Assembly (NCBI GenBank): GCA_040954595.2
Contig: JBECUI020000051.1
Coordinates: 1-60,918 of the forward strand
Length of the DNA stretch: 60,918 nt
From: Balanoglossus misakiensis
Lineage: Eukaryota; Animalia; Hemichordata
Reading direction: 5' to 3'
This document shows positions 38,238-49,399 of the stretch, one piece after another. A program made the position numbers and the translations under genes. Below the pieces are notes generated by a model. That model was not told where the DNA came from, did no database searches, and saw nothing but the letters and a program-made list of their open reading frames with translations. The first letter of the stretch is position 1, and every line of letters starts with the position of its first letter.

Positions 38238-39524
38238 TTACATCATGCCTAATAGTGTTGGAAATCCAGTTACCAATACAGGGAAGAATGAAATAATAAA
38301 GACAATTGCAACTTCTACTAAAATAAACGGCAGTGCTTCCCATGCTATTTTTTCTAAAGAAATGCCGGATAGTTTCGAGGCTACAAACAAAACCAATCCC
38401 ATAGGTGGAGTCGCTAATCCTATTGTTACGTTAACACTCATTACGACACCAAAATGTACTGGATCTACGCCCAGATCTATAAGTGGGGCTGCTAGTATTG
38501 GTGCAAATATTAAAATTGCAGGACCTGCATCTAAAAACATGCCTATGATAAGCAAAATTACATTTATTATCGCAAATAATAAATAGGGGTTTTGTGTTAT
38601 TCCATAGAGAAACCTGTTCATATAATTGGATATCTCCGTAAGGCTTACCAAACTTCCCAATCCAGATGCTACCCCTATCAGTAACAATACGCTTGCTGAG
38701 CTGATCATGGAGTCTTTTATAACTGCCCAAAGTTCTTTAAATGAAAGCGATCTATATACAAATAGTGCTATGATCGCAGCATATCCCGCGGCAATCGCTG
38801 CGGCTTCAGTTGGCGTAAATATACCACCGTATATGCCGCCAAGTATGATTACCGGAGACAAAAGTGCAAAAAAAGCTTTCTTAAAACTGCCTACTCGTTC
38901 TTTTCTTGTTGCCTTCTCGGTTGTAAATAAATAGCCTTTTTTTAGACAAAGAACATAGTTCATTGCCATAAGGAATACACAAAATAAAATACCGGGTATG
39001 ATAGCAGCTATAAACATGGTACCAACAGAAATATTCATTGCAAAGGCATAGATAATCATAATGCCACTGGGGGGAATTATCGGACCAAGCACTGTGGCTG
39101 CTGATGTAATGGCTGCTGCATAAGAGGTCGAGTATCCTTCTTCCTTCATCTTGGGAATAAGCATACTTCCAATGGCAGATGTGGCTGCAACAGCGGACCC
39201 TGTAAGTGCAGAATATATTGTGGAAGATAGTACCACAACATGCCCTAATCCTCCTTTTTTATGTCCTATGAGAGACTTACAAAAATCTATAATTCTTGTA
39301 GTTATGCCCCCTTTTCCCATAATGTTTCCCGCCAAAATAAAAAACGGAAGTGCTAACAAAGTAAAGCTTTGTAATCCTGCAAGAAACTTATTTATGAACA
39401 ATGCTATAAATTGTTCTGCACCCGACATTTCTATTCCTATAACCCCCGAAAGGAGCAAAGAAAAAAGAACGGGTAATCCTGTAAACATGAGACCAATCAA
39501 GAAAACAAGGATAAATGACGTCAT
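38238..39524 (-). CDS. dctM: TRAP transporter large permease DctM
   Basis: LLALPFFILAG, GSAVA, PIIPPS, GIFTPTEAA, GLATPPMG. Confidence 0.93.
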   Translation of the reverse strand: MTSFILVFLIGLMFTGLPVLFSLLLSGVIGIEMSGAEQFIALFINKFLAGLQSFTLLALPFFILAGNIMGKGGITTRIIDFCKSLIGHKKGGLGHVVVLSSTIYSALTGSAVAATSAIGSMLIPKMKEEGYSTSYAAAITSAATVLGPIIPPSGIMIIYAFAMNISVGTMFIAAIIPGILFCVFLMAMNYVLCLKKGYLFTTEKATRKERVGSFKKAFFALLSPVIILGGIYGGIFTPTEAAAIAAGYAAIIALFVYRSLSFKELWAVIKDSMISSASVLLLIGVASGLGSLVSLTEISNYMNRFLYGITQNPYLLFAIINVILLIIGMFLDAGPAILIFAPILAAPLIDLGVDPVHFGVVMSVNVTIGLATPPMGLVLFVASKLSGISLEKIAWEALPFILVEVAIVFIISFFPVLVTGFPTLLGMM

Positions 39525-40104
39525 AGCGATCCCTCACCACTTTCTACATCTACTACTTCTTCTCGAAATTCCTCATTGAGAGTTTTTTTATCGCCCCTTA
39601 TCGCAGCTAATATATCTTGTATTATATGTTGTACTGTTATAGTAAACATAAAGATAAATGAAATCGGTGCTACCATGTACAGTTGACCTTTGCTTATGGG
39701 CATCTGCACGTTGGAAACGCTCATGCTTTTGAGAGATATATCAATGAGGCCTGGAATTATTCTGTATAAACTGAAAAGCATCATCGAATATAATAATAAG
39801 TTTAATATTAGTTTAGGATAAATGCCTGTTATTTTATCGTATATTAATGTCATGCTGATGTTAAGTTTGTCTAACATCAAAGCGGGGTCCCAACAAGAAT
39901 GTCATAATGAACATTGCAGAAACACAATATTCTTCTACCCAAGCAATAGGATTTTTGAAAAAATAACGCATCGTTCTGTATCAAGACAAACAGAGTCATA
40001 GAACTCATAAAGAGCATGCCAAGACTGGCAAAGACCACGCTTATAAAGCGATGGATCTTATCGACATAATATATAATGGTATCTACCAGGCCTTTTTTTT
40101 TCAC
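39521..40104 (-). CDS. dctQ: TRAP transporter small permease DctQ (frameshifted in this sequence)
   Basis: Fragments 39877-40104 and 39521-39880 are hydrophobic and lie between dctP and dctM. Confidence 0.75.
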
Positions 40105-40117
40105 ATCACTACCCCAT

Positions 40118-40150
40118 AAAAAAGTTCCCTGACTATGAAGTAAGGGAACT
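40118..40150 (-). terminator. Intrinsic terminator-like hairpin after dctP
   Basis: Minus strand AGTTCCCT-TACTTCATAGTC-AGGGAACT followed by a T-run. Confidence 0.65.
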
Positions 40151-40164
40151 CTGTGTGATAAAAA

Positions 40165-41304
40165 CTATTCTAATTCCCGTGCTTGTATCTGATCTAAAAT
40201 TACTTGTTGTTTTGATATTTCTTCTTTGTAACGATCGAGCCATGCCAATGTTTCGGGCGATGAGTTTTCTGCAAACCAATCTTCAACAACTTTTGCCCTT
40301 TCTTGAAATTCTGCTAATTCTGCTTTGCTTGGGCTATACACTGTTCCACCTGCTTGTTTAAAGGTTTCAAATGAACTTGCTTCTGCGTACTTGTTGTATT
40401 CTCTGATAAACCAGCTCATCGCATCGAACCCGTCTACAAATACCCTCTGTAAGTTTTCAGGCATGGATTCAAATTTTTCATTGTTTACCCACCAAAATCC
40501 AGACATATACGCATGACCATCTAATACTATGTACTTCAAGCTTTCATGTAGTTTTGCATTGACAATGTCCACCATTCCGTTTTTACTTCCGTCAACAACG
40601 CCTGTCGATAGTGAGGTGTACACTTCACCCCATGAAATACCTGTTGGTGATGCACCTACGGCACTTACTAGCTGTTGTTGCACTTTAGACGGTACTGTTC
40701 GTATTTTAGTCCTGCAAGATCGTCTACTGTTTTAATTTGCTTTTTTGTTGTAGCAAAATTTCTCCATCGACCACTGTTCGTTACGATCATCAATCGTGCG
40801 TTTTCTGTGGCTTCTAGGGCTCCTTGTCTGAGTCCGCTTACAAATTCCGGAGAGGAGTGTACCATTTCTACAAGTCGATCATCGGTTACTAGGTACGGAA
40901 GATCAAAAATCGATATTGGCTCCCAGTATACACTTGCATCGCCTGTTGTGTTTACGATGTCAAAACTTTGTTGAATAATACCGTCCATATTCTCACTGAC
41001 CGATGAAGCCAACTGTGCATTCGGATATATCTTCACAGCAAGGCGTCCATTAGATTTGCTTCAACATAGTTCTTTAGCAAAACAAGTCCTTTTGCTTGTA
41101 ATCGTCGAGATTACCATTATGTGAAGCAATAAAAATAAATTCTGCACCCTCCGGTACTGCAGAGTAGTCGTACGATGCCTCTTTTGGTACTACCTCACCA
41201 CTAGCAGCTGCATCGCTTGTGGCTTGGTTTGTACTTTCTATACCGCAACCTAGAAAACTTAACAATAGAAAGCTTAATAGCATTATTAAACATACTTTTT
41301 TCAT
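40165..41304 (-). CDS. dctP: TRAP transporter substrate-binding lipoprotein DctP (two frameshifts in this sequence)
   Basis: Fragments 41074-41304 (lipobox FLGC), 40668-41036 (IYPNAQL, FDLPYL, RNF) and 40165-40683 (GASPT.I.WGEVYTSL.TGVVDG). Confidence 0.85.
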
Positions 41305-41384
41305 ATTTTCCCTCCATAATATTTGTTTGCAAAATAAAGCATACCCACGGAAACATTTGTTCCGCTATCGCATAAATGTATATG

Positions 41385-41401
41385 TTAATTAATTTACTTA
41401 A
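41385..41401. promoter_or_regulatory. Candidate ROK operator, copy 2 (TTAATTAATTTACTTAA)
   Basis: Identical to 35478-35494 and just downstream of the predicted -10 box. Confidence 0.7.
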
Positions 41402-41414
41402 CGTATATGCTATA

Positions 41415-41444
41415 ATTTTACTACATCTTATTTTTTCTTGTCAA
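41415..41444 (-). promoter_or_regulatory. Sigma70-type promoter of the island operon
   Basis: Minus strand TTGACA (41444-41439), 18 bp spacer, TAAAAT (41420-41415). Confidence 0.68.
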
Positions 41445-41537
41445 GTTTTTTTAGATTTTTTTTTCAAAATTACTATTGAAGCTCAAATATCGCAAAAGCG
41501 ATTCGCATTATCTGCGCATGTCAGTGATCGGCATCCA

Positions 41538-42408
41538 TCACCGCCCATAATGCCGTATTATTCTCTCTACGCTCGAACTGTATTGTCCACCGAACAGGTT
41601 GAGGTGATTCAAAAGATGATAAAGGTTATAGACATCCCTGCGATGCTCGTACCCAGGTGGGAGTGGATATTCTTTTGCATAGGAATGATAAAAATCAGGC
41701 GAAAATCCCGAAAACAGCTCAGTCATAGCAAGATCAGTTTCCCGGTTGCCATAATACACTGCCGGATCAATAAGAACCGGAGCACCTTGGCCATCAACCA
41801 TGTAGTTTCCACCCCATAGATCTCCATGCAGCAAAACCGCCGGTTCATCGCTAAGAATATCTTCGAGGCGACGAAGAAGACTACGAAATAAGCGTTCAAT
41901 CTCTTTGCCACCAAGTAGCCCCTGTTCCATCGCCCATGAAAACTGATATTCAAGCCGATGCTTCGCAAAAAATTCATGCCAACTATTTGCATATGTATTT
42001 CGCTGCCGAGCAGAGCCGAGATAATTATCATGAAAGAAGCCATAGGTATCGGTTTCACTCTGCTTATGCAGCTTCGCCAGTTCTCTGCCGAAACGGGAAA
42101 AAATGCCGCATCTTTCTTACCGCTCTCTATGTATTCGCAGAGAAGAAACTGGTATTCACCGGATACCCCATAGGCATACACAGCCGGTACCCGAATAACT
42201 CCGCTTTCTGCTAACTTTTTCAGCCCCATTGCTTCGCAAGCAAAGAGATCGCGGATAGAAGCCTTGTTGCTTTCAAAAAATACTGCCGATTACGAACTCT
42301 TATCCGAAAGCATTCATTGATGCACCCACCACCGCAGGGCAATAACTCATCTACAGAAGAATCCTTGCCTATGTTTTCTTGTAAAAAAGCACGTAATTCA
42401 TCATGCAC
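41538..42408 (-). CDS. Fructosamine/ribulosamine kinase family protein (frameshifted)
   Basis: Fragments give GGGCIN, IRVP, LLHGDLWGGN, IDPAVYYGNRETDLAMTELF, YNLYHLLNHLNLFG. Confidence 0.88.
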
Positions 42409-42888
42409 TGTCTAATTCCCGCACCAATCTTTGCAAAAGAGCCTTGCAGGTACGTTCTACCATGTTGTACACATTTTCAAATCCGCCTTTGCCACCGTAG
42501 TAGGGGTCTGGCACATCTCCGCTGCCATTGGGGTCATAGAAACGAAAGAGCACAATAGATGCTTGTACTGGCTGATTCATTGAAGATACCTCTCTCTCCA
42601 GTTGAAATACATGCCCGGTATCCATGCCCATAATGAGATTGTATTCTACCAGATCATCTTTTTGAAAAACGCGAACGGGATGATCAAGATTGTATCCATG
42701 TTCCTTGGCGGCAAGCCTCATTCTTGAGTCGGCGTTCTCTCCCAAATGCCAGGCCCTATGCCTGATGATTCAACATGGAATAAATGTCCATAGTTTTCTT
42801 TCTGTGCCATCGTCTCAAACACACAATGTGCGAGCGGACTCCGGCATATATTTCCCGAACAAACAAACATTAGCTTATATGGATTCAA
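42401..42888 (-). CDS. Low-molecular-weight protein-tyrosine phosphatase (frameshifted)
   Basis: Hand translation from TTG 42888 gives MNPYKLMFVCSGNICRSP (CX5R); C-terminal VPDPYYGG. Confidence 0.88.
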
Positions 42889-43433
42889 TTTAATGTCCCC
42901 TGCATTGTCAAAACAAGATCAAACTCAGGTACGGCAATAAGCAACACCCGATCATTTATCCGAAAAGATGCCGATGTGCTCGAAGAAGTATACTCTGGCA
43001 ATTCCTCGATAGTATCTCCAGCCTGAACTGCAGCCTTATTGACTGATTCAACTGATTCAACTGATTCATCGGGTCGGGCAAAAAATGGAAACAATTCCGG
43101 TATTTCATAGGAAGTCATTGCAGGAACCTGCACTGCTCCCTCATTACGTAGGGAGGCAAGATCATTCAAAGAAAGCGACAGATCAACAGCAAGCGGTCGA
43201 TCCATCCCATGTATGAGAAACACGGACGAAGAAAACTGAGACCTCTCGACAAAACAAATAACAGGATTATCAAGTGTTGGCGATTGCACTGTAATCGTAT
43301 ATGCTTGCAAGCTATCAACAGGAGTAACTTGAAGACTTGCAATAAAGGTACTTTGTTGATGAATATCCGCAGTGAAGGTGTCAGAAAAATATTCGGTACT
43401 CAGTATCAGTACAGATAATAAAGCAATTACCAT
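42885..43433 (-). CDS. Hypothetical exported protein
   Basis: 182 aa ORF packed between pepD and the LMW-PTP gene, with a hydrophobic N-terminus and a 9-bp repeat encoding ESVESVESV. Confidence 0.55.
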   Translation of the reverse strand: MVIALLSVLILSTEYFSDTFTADIHQQSTFIASLQVTPVDSLQAYTITVQSPTLDNPVICFVERSQFSSSVFLIHGMDRPLAVDLSLSLNDLASLRNEGAVQVPAMTSYEIPELFPFFARPDESVESVESVNKAAVQAGDTIEELPEYTSSSTSASFRINDRVLLIAVPEFDLVLTMQGTLN

Positions 43434-43443
43434 TATAGCTCCT

Positions 43444-44883
43444 CTATAGCTCCTCTAAGCAGTATAGCAAAAATTTCCAAACCCGCTGTGCTGAGGCAAT
43501 GTGCAGGCGTTCGGAAACCGAGTGGATCTCTTCCATATCCACTCCAATACTTATCCCATCAAGATCGGGAAGTCGTGATTTTAGCGCCCCGCATTCCAGC
43601 CCCCCATGTACCACTCGTATTTCAGGTTCTGCATTATAATGCTGCTTATATATACGTTTCATATGTGCAAGGAAGGGCGAATCAAATACGGTGCCCAAGC
43701 AGGATAGCGCCCGCCCCTTTGAACGGCAGCATCCGCTATCTTCACTGCGGCTTCTACAAGCCGAGCGATATAATCAATCTTTTCTTCTACCAGTGATCGG
43801 AAACTTCCAACGAAATTTGCAGTATCCCCCTCTAAGAAGAGGCCGGCAAGAGTACTCGAAGTTTCGACAAGATTAGGAACATTCTTACTCATGTCCAGAA
43901 CCCCCATAGGAAAGCAGAGCACCATAGTTACTACCTTTTCCGTATCTTTGGAAGAGAGAACCCTCTCAGGCAAGGACGCAGAAGTTAGTTCCACCTTCAT
44001 TTCCGGTTCGGTTTTTCTCATATTCCTGACGGAGCACATTGCTCAGATTCTGCACATGTTTTTCAAACTCTTCTTGTTTTTCTTTCGGAACAAGAATTCC
44101 CACCCTTGCTGCCGATGGAATTACATTATGGATGGAAGAACCAGCTGTTATTGAAAAGAGACGGATATGCCCTGTCCAGAGTGCCAATATACGAAAGAGG
44201 CTTGCTATGGCATTTGCCCTACCCTTATGTATGTCTTCCCCTGAATGTCCTCCGCAACAGTCATGAAGGCTCAAATTATAGGCTATATGATGAGATGGGG
44301 TGTTCTCCCGTACAAAAGATAGATCTCCCCACGCCGTCTCACCCCCTGCACATCCAATGCAAAGGACATGTTCCTCTCCGCAATCAAGATTCAAAAGTCG
44401 CCGTGCTCGAAGCATTGTTCCATCAAAAGCACATGCCCCTACCAATGCACTTTCTTCATCCACCGTCAATAATGCTTCCAGTGGTCCATGACGGATATTA
44501 TCATCGTCCAAAATAGCATAGATAATAGCAAGCCCAATCCCATTATCAGCACCGAGGGTCGTATCGGCAGCATAGACCCAAGTCCCATCGTTCTTCAATC
44601 GGATCGGGTCTACGGAGAAGTCATGGGTACTCTCCGCCGTCTTTACACATACCATATCCAAATGTGCTTGAAGTGCCAGCGGTTCAGCCCCACTTCGTGA
44701 AGGATGAGCATTTTTACGAATGAGTATATTGCCAATATCATCTTGCCGAACAGTAAATCCACGTCGGGTAGCAAAGTCAATAAAAAAAGCACGAATTTTT
44801 TCTTCGTGTTTTGAACAACGCGGTATAGCACTAATACTTTCAAATGCTTTCCATAGAGCTACTGGTGTCAAATTATGTATCAT
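43444..44883 (-). CDS. pepD: Aminoacyl-histidine dipeptidase PepD, M20C (frameshifted)
   Basis: IPRCSKHE, LQAHLDMVC, TTLGADNGIG, TVDEE, GGHSG.DIH.GRANA, HGGLECG, HS..ER. Confidence 0.9.
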
Positions 44884-44987
44884 CACCTGTAAGAATATCA
44901 ATGATGAGAATGTATGACAAGACTCATTTCCCCTTGATTGCTCTGACAAAAACATAATATACTTATGGAGTATAAGGAGGAACGCGT

Positions 44988-46453
44988 ATGCAGTTTAACT
45001 TTTCCAGTAAAAGATTTAATACCGAAGTGGTAACATTAGCAAACACAGAAGAACGACTCGTGCCCGGTGGAATGCATCTATTAGACCAAGTCCATAAGGC
45101 ATTTGAACCGATTAAACAAATCGGCATTATCGGCTGGGGCTCTCAGGGTCCGGCACAAGCACAGAATCTTCGCGACAGCCTAAAAGGCAGTAAGACAAAG
45201 GTATGTGTTGGATTACGCGAAGGATCATCTTCGCAAAAAAGTGCCGAATCCGCAGGATTTACAGTTGCAAACGGCACCTTGGGCAATATGGAAGATGTCA
45301 TACGAACAAGCGATCTCGTATTGTTACTGATATCCGATGCGGCACAGGCACAGTTATACCAGTCGATATTCTCAATGATGAAGCCAGGTGCTACTCTTGG
45401 TCTCTCTCATGGGTTCTTGCTCGGATACCTGAACAGCATTCACAAACGCTTCCCCGATACGATAAACATTATCGGTGTATGTCCCAAAGCATGGGTCCTT
45501 CCGTTCGACGACTCTACGAACAAGGCAAGAGTACAAAAGGGGCGGGAATTAATACAAGTTTTGCCATAGAGCAGGATATTGATGGACATGCAACGGACTA
45601 CGCCATAGCATGGTCGATTGCCTTAGGTGCCCCCTTTAGTTTTATGACCAGTCTTGAAATGGAATACCGATCAGATATTTTCGGCGAACGAGGCATTTTG
45701 CTTGGTGCCGTGCACGGTATCGTTGAATGTTTGTACCGATGGTTCCGCTATCAGGGCATGGATAATAAACAGGCATTTATTGAAAGCGTCGAATCGGTTA
45801 CCGGTCCCATATCGCATACAATTTCATCAGCAGGAATCCATGCTGTATATCAAAACCTATCGGATTCAAACAAGAAATTGTTTGAATTGGCATACAATAC
45901 CGCCTATCTTCCCTGCAAGGAAATACTTGATGAAATATACAATGAGGTAAAAAGCGGAAATGAAATTCGTTCAGTAGTTATGGCGGACAGCCGATTGCAA
46001 AACTACCCGATAAACACCATTGATGACACTGAAATGTGGAGAACAGGTCGAACTGTCCGGGAGAATCGTAAGCCTGCCCCCGTTAATCCCTATACTGCAG
46101 GAATATATATTGCCTGCATGATGGCTCAAATCGACTTACTGAAGGAAGAGGGGCATAGTTACTCCGAAATTGTCAATGAATCAGTTATTGAAGCAGTAGA
46201 TTCGTTAAATCCCTACATGCATTTCAAAGGAGTCAGCTACATGGTTGATAACTGCTCCACCACTGCACGTTTGGGTGCACGAAAATGGGCACCACGATTC
46301 GATTATATTATCAATCAATGTACCATTCCTGCTATTGAGGAAAAGAAAGCAAAAAATACAGAATATATGCAGCGCTTCTTATCGCACCCGGTGCATGAGG
46401 TCTTGCATACATTATCGCAATACCGTCCAAGTGTCGATATAGCTGTCGTATAA
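44988..46453 (+). CDS. ilvC: Ketol-acid reductoisomerase, long plant-like type (frameshift near 45490)
   Basis: IGWGSQGPAQAQNLRDSL, LISDAAQ, LSHGF, VCPK/MGPSVRRLY, EYRSDIFGERGILLG, NESVIEAVDSL, DNCSTTARLG. Confidence 0.92.
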
Positions 46454-46456
46454 CAG

Positions 46457-47259
46457 ATGTTCATCCAGTATAGAAAAATTATCGGATTCATTGTACTCTT
46501 TCTACTGCTTGTTCTTATCGATCTGCGCGTAAAGATAATGTTTCTTTGCGGGGAAATACGCAGATAGCACGCAGACCTGCTGCTATTCACTACGCTACCT
46601 CATTAAACAAAGTATTACGGTGGGGAAAGATAGTAGAGTTCAGTATTAAGGACTCAGAAATTTTCCTTCCGAAGGAACCCTTTCTGTTGGTCAGTAATCA
46701 TCAAAGTCTTCTTGATATTATACTCATCTATTTGCTCTGTCGAGAGCGGAGCATTCGATTTGTGGCAAAAGAAGAATTGCGTTATGGGTTTCCTGGAGCT
46801 TCATCGGTACTCCGCCAAGAAAAACATGTTTTTATCAACCGAGCAAGCGATGCCAATGCTGTGCGAACCAATATCCGTAATATTCATACTGTAGTTCATT
46901 CTATGAAAAACAATATGGGGCTCGTTATTTTTCCGGAAGGACATCGGTCAGACGATGGGAATGTACACAAGTTCCAGGTTGCAGGTATCCGCATTATTTT
47001 ATCTGCTCGTTCCATGCCCATCGTGTATGTAGGCATTGCAAGTAATTACAGTACACAGATTCGCAGCCTGCACAGCAGTTTTCTGAGTAGTTTTTTTAGC
47101 AAGACTCTGGTTATACAGTATGCCCAGATACTGGGAGTCCATTATCCGAAACAGAAGCATTGGACAAAAGAAGAATTGATAACAAAAATACAAGAAACTG
47201 AAGATGAAATCCGAAACTGGGTACAGATAACGATGAAAAACCTACAAAACAATACCTAA
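46457..47259 (+). CDS. 1-acyl-glycerol-3-phosphate acyltransferase family (frameshift near the 5' end)
   Basis: NHQSLLD, FVAKEEL, FINR, IFPEG; hydrophobic N-terminus from ATG 46457. Confidence 0.85.
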
Positions 47260-47738
47260 CGAGTTAGATCTACGAGCATACCATTAATTGCCGATATTTT
47301 TTCCAACAAAGCAAGTTCGGTCTGTTGCCCTTGTCGTACTCCTTCAATCATATCGCTCATTATTGAATTCACCTTTCGGATAAGCACTGAATTTTTATCT
47401 CTCCCTATTGCGATAGTTTCCACATTGAACGCCATCGGAATTACCTTCCTTAAAAAATTCTGTACGTGTTGCCGATAGGCAAGTGCAGATGAATAACTAC
47501 GGCTGCTTACAAACTCACGCCCAGCTTCAAATACCGCATCAAAGAGGTCCTTCAGATCATCACTGACAGGGGAGTTCCCCATCATATTGATGTTTTCTAC
47601 CTGTTGTTGTTCATTAGTTGTCTCCAACTTCTGCGCAAATTCGGTTTTCTTGGGTTCCTGCTTTTTTCGGATATGTGAACGAAGGGGATAATGTACATAT
47701 GAATGAATATTATCCCCCGCATCTACTCGCTTACTCAT
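47256..47738 (-). CDS. YaaR/DUF327 protein
   Basis: L.D.V..AG...Y...V..FL...I.G.LVDL pattern. Confidence 0.72.
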   Translation of the reverse strand: MSKRVDAGDNIHSYVHYPLRSHIRKKQEPKKTEFAQKLETTNEQQQVENINMMGNSPVSDDLKDLFDAVFEAGREFVSSRSYSSALAYRQHVQNFLRKVIPMAFNVETIAIGRDKNSVLIRKVNSIMSDMIEGVRQGQQTELALLEKISAINGMLVDLTR

Positions 47739-48186
47739 AGTCTACTCTTTACAAGGAGCGGGGACTGCTTATTATGAACGGAAATAGCATATCTATCCTC
47801 CGGTATTGGGGTAAACTTTTTCTTTTGTCTCTGCGTATTGGCATTAATTGGTTCAACACTGATACTTCCATCAAGAAGACATCCTCGCTCCACAATTAAG
47901 TGGGGTGTACTCACGGTACCAATCACTATAGCAGTAGCAAGGAGAATTACCTTCCATGCCGCCCATATATCACCGCGAAAAAGTCCACCAATAACCACGG
48001 TAGATGCCTCCACTATGCATTCACATCGAGCATTCCGACCGATAATTACCTTGCCCTCATTTCGTATCGTACCAATAAAGTCTCCATCAATACGAAACAT
48101 GCCCGAAAGCATAATATTGCCCCGAAAGAGGGTGCCACTTCCTACTATGGAATTAACTAACTCATCTTCAGGTTTCCAAATTGCAC
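47735..48186 (-). CDS. Bactofilin (polymer-forming cytoskeletal protein)
   Basis: NSIVGSGTLFRGNI..SGMFRIDGDF.G.I...GKVIIG; the start codon near 48186 appears corrupted. Confidence 0.85.
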
Positions 48187-48188
48187 TA

Positions 48189-49200
48189 CTACCTATTTCC
48201 AGTCCATCGAGTAAATGTATTCGATATCTTTAGAAAAGCAGCCGGATCAACAACTTCGGTTCCAATCCATATTTGAAAGTCCAGATGGGGGCCTGTGGAA
48301 ATACCTGTGTTTCCAAGGGTTCCTATCTTCTGCCCCTGCTTGACCTCCTGCCCCTCAGAAACAGAGATGGACCGCAAATGAGAATAATGAGTACGAACCC
48401 CATACTGATGGCGTATCCATACATGTAGCCCATATCCGGGATCATAACCGAGTTCCACTACCTTACCGTCAGCACTCGCAAGAATCGATGTACCAACAGG
48501 TCCCGATATATCGAAGCCCTTATGAAGATACCATTGACCAGTTATCGGATGAATATTCGGACCAAATTCCATAGTAACCCGCCCCCAATCATTAATGATA
48601 GGCCATTTGTTTGGCAAGGAGGTTAATAATTCACGCTGGTTTATGAGCATACTTTGTACCTGAATTAGGGGTTGAATGGAATTCCGTAATTGTTCTGCAA
48701 CCATTTTTAGAGACTGTAATTGCTGGGGTTCATTAAAACTTGACTGGTACATGTTCTGGAAGGACAAGAGGTCTCCGGAAACAAAAAGGGATTCAGGTGT
48801 CTGCAGATCCGCTTGTTTCTACGCCAACTTCATCCAGAGTATCGTTAAGCGTGTCGCTAAACAATTCAGATACCTGAATAAATTCTGATAACTCATCAAG
48901 GACGAGCTCAAGATTGGCTTCGGCAGTAGATAGACGTTCGTTACGTTCACGTACAAGCTCTTCACTCCCTACAAAACGGGACGTAGCAAAAAAGAATCCG
49001 AGAAGGATAGTCAATAGAAGGATAACAAAAAAGGAAATGCCCAGGATGCCAATATGAAGATGCACAACTTTGCCGTCGTTATGGGGTACTAACATAATAG
49101 TAAATCGGCGACTTAAAATAGTACGAACAATACTGGAAATGGCGTTTGCGAACGATCTCCAGACATATAATACTCTATTTTTTTCAAAATGATTAGCCAT
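48189..49200 (-). CDS. M23 metallopeptidase with N-terminal TM and coiled coil (frameshifted)
   Basis: TIMLVPH N-terminus; HKGFD, YSHL, GNTGISTGPHL. Confidence 0.88.
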
Positions 49201-49399
49201 TCTTGACAATTCCTGCTTATAATCTTATACTACTTTTAGAAAAAGAGGCAATACCCTTCTATAAAAACTTTCTTGTTTTATTATCGGTACTTTCTTTTCT
49301 TTTTTGTAAAAATAAGTATAATATAACAATGTATTTATATCAAATGTTTGCATAGAAGTCATTTTGTTTGTAGTAAATACCAGTTATTAGGATTACACC

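Larger units (their letters stand above)
31728..41728. mobile_element. Genomic island of about 9.6 kb bounded by imperfect direct repeats of about 170/190 bp; no integrase seen
   Basis: Flanking repeats at 31728-31898 and 41538-41728; the interior looks more AT-rich than the flanks (judged by eye); self-contained catabolic operon. Confidence 0.7.
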
